Below are positions 60,969 to 64,000 of a stretch of 64,000 bases of DNA, piece by piece. The notes under the pieces were generated by a model. It saw nothing but the letters and a program-made list of their open reading frames with translations. It was not told the DNA's origin and made no database searches. The translations under genes and the position numbers were made by a program. Numbering within the stretch: position 1 is the stretch's first letter; the number at the start of each line of letters is the position of its first letter. The stretch comes from Gammaproteobacteria bacterium (GTDB lineage: Bacteria; Pseudomonadota; Gammaproteobacteria; SZUA-229): positions 8,238-72,237 of the forward strand of contig JBFFSQ010000001.1 in NCBI GenBank assembly GCA_041572275.1, read 5' to 3'.

Positions 60969-62522
60969 TTAGACATCACCCAGCTGGGGATGCTCGCGAT
61001 CTTGCAATGTCAGGTTGATCTTGTTCAGGGCATTGATATAGGACTTGGCCGATGCAATCACAATATCGGTATCCGCACCCAGGCCGTTCACAATACGACC
61101 GTCCTTCGACAGTCGCACGGTAACCTCACCCTGAGAATCAGTGCCACTAGTGATATTATTCACCGAATACAATTGCAGCTCAGTGGCGCTGTTGACCACC
61201 TGTTCAATCGCCTTATAAGCAGCATCTACTGGGCCACTGCCTTTCGATGTGGCAGTAATTTCCTTCTCATCCATGCTGACAACCACGGTCGCTTCTGGTG
61301 TCTCACCGGTTTCTGAACACACTTTCAGGCTAATCAGCTTGTACTTCTCATCTTCAGCGGCCCAATTGGATTCGGCAACCAGTGCCTGCAAGTCTTCATC
61401 GAAAATCTCATGCTTTTTATCCGCCAGCTCCTTGAAGCGACTAAACGCATCATTAAGCTCTTCCTCTGAACCCAACTCTATTCCCAGATCCACCAGGCGT
61501 GAGCGCAAGGCATTTCGACCGGAATGCTTACCCAGTACAATACGATTCTCGCTCCAACCCACATCCTGCGCCCGCATGATTTCATAGGTTTCCCGGCTCT
61601 TTAAAACACCGTCCTGATGAATGCCCGATTCATGAGCAAAAGCATTGGCACCAACAATGGCCTTGTTCGGCTGCACAGCGAAACCGGTAATGCCTGACAC
61701 CAACCGTGACGTCGGAATAATCTGGGTGGCATCAATAGTTGTATCCACATCGAACAAATCCTGACGGGTACGCACGGCCATCACTATTTCTTCCAGGGCT
61801 GCATTACCCGCACGTTCACCGAGACCATTAATGGTGCATTCAACCTGACGCGCACCATTCTGTACGGCCGACAAAGAGTTCGCCACCGCCAGTCCCAGAT
61901 CATTATGACAATGTACTGAGAATATAGCCTTGTCAGAATTAGGGATTCGCTCGATCAAGGTATTGATCAGACTGCCAAACTGACTGGGTAAATTGTAGCC
62001 CACTGTATCGGGAATATTGATGGTGGTCGCACCAGCATCAATGACAGCCTCGATCACCCGACACAGGAAATCAGTTTCCGAACGACCGGCATCTTCGGGT
62101 GAAAACTCAACGTTATCGGTAAATTTTCGAGCCATCTTTACTGCTTCAACCGCCTGCGCCAGTACCGCATCCGGCTCCATACGCAACTTCATTTTCATGT
62201 GAATAGGCGAAGTCGCGATAAAGGTATGAATACGGGATGAGTTGGCATGTTTCAAAGCTTCACCGGCACGACTGATATCCTTGGCCAGGGCACGCGCCAG
62301 ACCACAGACGGTACTGTCTTTGTTCGCCGCAGCAACAGCCTGTACCGCCTCAAAATCACCAGGACTGGCAATGGGAAAACCCGCCTCGATCACGTCAACT
62401 TTCATGCGTTCCAATGCCTTGGCAATACGCACTTTTTCATCTTTGGTCATGGAAGCACCAGGGCTTTGTTCACCATCACGCAAAGTTGTATCAAATATAA
62501 TTAATTTATCTTTTTCACTCAT
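60969..62522 (-). CDS. leuA: 2-isopropylmalate synthase
   Basis: 517 aa beginning [26 protein letters not shown], with a C-terminal LeuA regulatory domain. Confidence 0.95.
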   Translation of the reverse strand: MSEKDKLIIFDTTLRDGEQSPGASMTKDEKVRIAKALERMKVDVIEAGFPIASPGDFEAVQAVAAANKDSTVCGLARALAKDISRAGEALKHANSSRIHTFIATSPIHMKMKLRMEPDAVLAQAVEAVKMARKFTDNVEFSPEDAGRSETDFLCRVIEAVIDAGATTINIPDTVGYNLPSQFGSLINTLIERIPNSDKAIFSVHCHNDLGLAVANSLSAVQNGARQVECTINGLGERAGNAALEEIVMAVRTRQDLFDVDTTIDATQIIPTSRLVSGITGFAVQPNKAIVGANAFAHESGIHQDGVLKSRETYEIMRAQDVGWSENRIVLGKHSGRNALRSRLVDLGIELGSEEELNDAFSRFKELADKKHEIFDEDLQALVAESNWAAEDEKYKLISLKVCSETGETPEATVVVSMDEKEITATSKGSGPVDAAYKAIEQVVNSATELQLYSVNNITSGTDSQGEVTVRLSKDGRIVNGLGADTDIVIASAKSYINALNKINLTLQDREHPQLGDV

Positions 62523-62781
62523 GACCTGCTCCGCAAATCAAAATATATATCAGGTATTGGTTTTTGAGTGCGTATTTCTCCTCGCCAGGAATATTCTATC
62601 TGCCCACAGGCAGTAGCAGAGATAGTGCATAACCGAAGAGAAATGACTTTTGAGGCAGGCACAACAGAACAGCACCCTGATGGGCGGCTGAAATAGCACG
62701 TTGTGTTCTGTTTGGTTTCATAGATTCAATCTTGTAGCACTGTGACAAAACTATAACCACAAATACTGCATTTGCCAAGGT

Positions 62782-63561
62782 TTAAGCAGCTTTCTTACGA
62801 CCGATTTTTCTCATCCGCCTGAATATACTCAATACTGGACCAGAAGCGCTATAAATTAAAAAGACACCAAATAATACCTTGGGTAAATCGATCGATGCCA
62901 GGGCCAGTATCAAGACAAAGACAACGATACTCACAAAGGGCACTTTATCCTTAAAATTAATTTCCTTGAAGCTGTAATACAGGACATTACTCACCATCAA
63001 GATTCCGACAATTGTCGTCAAGATGACAGCTGGGATGGCCACTTCAGGCCCCTTGATATTGGCTTCAAAACATACCCATACCATACCGGCAACAGCCGCG
63101 GCTGCAGAGGGACTGGGCAAACCCTGAAAATAACGTTTATCCGCTACTCCAACCTGGGTATTAAAGCGCGCCAGACGCAAAGCCGCACAGGCAGTATAGA
63201 TAAATGCGGCTAGCCAGCCCATTTTTCCCCACTGCCAGCCCAAATTGACCATTGAGGAGAATGACCACTCATACATCACCAATGCCGGGGCCAGGCCAAA
63301 CGACACCATGTCTGACAAGCTGTCATACTCGGCCCCAAATTCACTCTGGGTATTGGTCGCGCGCGCCACCCGGCCATCGATTCCATCCAGCAACATGGCC
63401 ACAAAAATTGCCACCGCCGCCTGCTCAAAGCGTCCGTTCATTGCCGCCACAATGGCATAGAAACCTGCAAACAATGCTGCCGTGGTAAACAGATTGGGCA
63501 ATAAATAAACACCCCGACGTCGAGTAGCTGGTTTCGTATCTTGTTCTGTAGCGTCAGACAA
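62782..63561 (-). CDS. pssA: CDP-diacylglycerol--serine O-phosphatidyltransferase
   Basis: 259 aa with the CDP-alcohol phosphatidyltransferase motif (DGIDGRVAR...G...DSLSD). It lies adjacent to leuA. Confidence 0.85.
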   Translation of the reverse strand: MSDATEQDTKPATRRRGVYLLPNLFTTAALFAGFYAIVAAMNGRFEQAAVAIFVAMLLDGIDGRVARATNTQSEFGAEYDSLSDMVSFGLAPALVMYEWSFSSMVNLGWQWGKMGWLAAFIYTACAALRLARFNTQVGVADKRYFQGLPSPSAAAAVAGMVWVCFEANIKGPEVAIPAVILTTIVGILMVSNVLYYSFKEINFKDKVPFVSIVVFVLILALASIDLPKVLFGVFLIYSASGPVLSIFRRMRKIGRKKAA

Positions 63562-63742
63562 TGTATGTACTCATGAGAAAATAGTTAACGACTGAAATCA
63601 TACAACGTGTAGCGCAGAATTCCTATTTTAAAAACATTAAAAAAATCAAAGATCTATATCGTCTAGCCTGCAGGTCAGGCAGTAACCACAGCACTTTTTT
63701 TAGAACCCGGCCCTAGAGTCAATAAATTATGTTTTGACTGAG

Positions 63743-63772
63743 AAAAAAAAGGGGCCTGTCGGCCCCTTTTTT
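63743..63772. terminator. Rho-independent terminator (bidirectional) after ilvC
   Basis: An A8 run, then ggggcc-tgtc-ggcccc, then TTTTTT. Confidence 0.65.
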
Positions 63773-63789
63773 CATATCCAAAGCAAATC

Positions 63790-64000
63790 TTAATTCTTGG
63801 TTTTATCCACAATCTGATTAGCTTTGATCCACGGCATCATTTTACGTAATTCACCACCCACCACTTCGATTGGGTGAGCCGCATTATTACGACGACGTGC
63901 AGTCATTTCTGGATAGTTGGTTGCACCTTCCAGGATGAAGCGTTTAGCGTATTCACCATTCTGGATGTTTTTCAGTGCTTCACGCATGGCTTTACGGCTT
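63790..64000 (-). CDS. ilvC: Ketol-acid reductoisomerase, C-terminal fragment (the gene continues beyond the window end)
   Basis: ...[51 protein letters not shown] matches the conserved IlvC C-terminus. Confidence 0.88.
   Translation of the reverse strand, partial: SRKAMREALKNIQNGEYAKRFILEGATNYPEMTARRRNNAAHPIEVVGGELRKMMPWIKANQIVDKTKN

Noticed and set aside
62596-62778. 60-aa ORF in the leuA upstream region
   Set aside because: I treated it as a candidate leader-peptide or attenuator region (see the findings) rather than a protein-coding gene. The longer N-terminal extension has no support.
1-64000. CRISPR arrays, tRNA/rRNA genes, IS elements, prophage genes
   Set aside because: I scanned the intergenic regions (all under 350 nt) and found no cloverleaf-compatible tRNA, no regularly spaced direct repeats, and no transposase, integrase or phage structural genes.

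Overview
This is a chromosomal window from a Gammaproteobacterium, about 90% coding on both strands. Gene order resembles Pseudomonas-like genomes. Most of the window is housekeeping. Genes I can place with support are: truA (partial), a FimV/HubP-family gene, asd, the leuB-leuD-leuC cluster with a divergent LysR regulator, aroC and prmB, psd, the full EF-P lysylation module (epmA-efp with divergent epmB), rbgA, rlmG, parC, parE, an AddA-like helicase-nuclease, dsbC, xerD, mobA-mobB-moeA, a Lys/Ala-repeat histone H1-like gene, lptG and lptF, pepA-holC-valS, class I cyaA, prfC, rimI, a family-4 UDG, leuA, pssA and ilvC (partial). I found no tRNA or rRNA genes, no CRISPR array and no transposase or phage genes. 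The least ordinary stretch is an AT-richer block at about 18.6-26.6 kb. It begins with a two-gene operon: a 608-aa protein with an unrecognised N-terminal region and a PilZ-type C-terminus, followed by a FimX-like protein with a phospho-dead REC, a PAS domain, a degenerate GGDEF and a degenerate EAL. That pair is my best candidate for an uncharacterised c-di-GMP signalling module. The rest of the block holds hypothetical membrane proteins and lipoproteins, a Bax homologue and a DsrC/TusE-like protein that lacks the terminal cysteine. Other points worth a second look are an entericidin-family micro-gene spliced between leuC and leuD, a REC-histidine-kinase hybrid whose H-box His is Gln, sitting between aroC and prmB, an orphan AddA-type helicase-nuclease, and several strong bidirectional terminators and palindromes.
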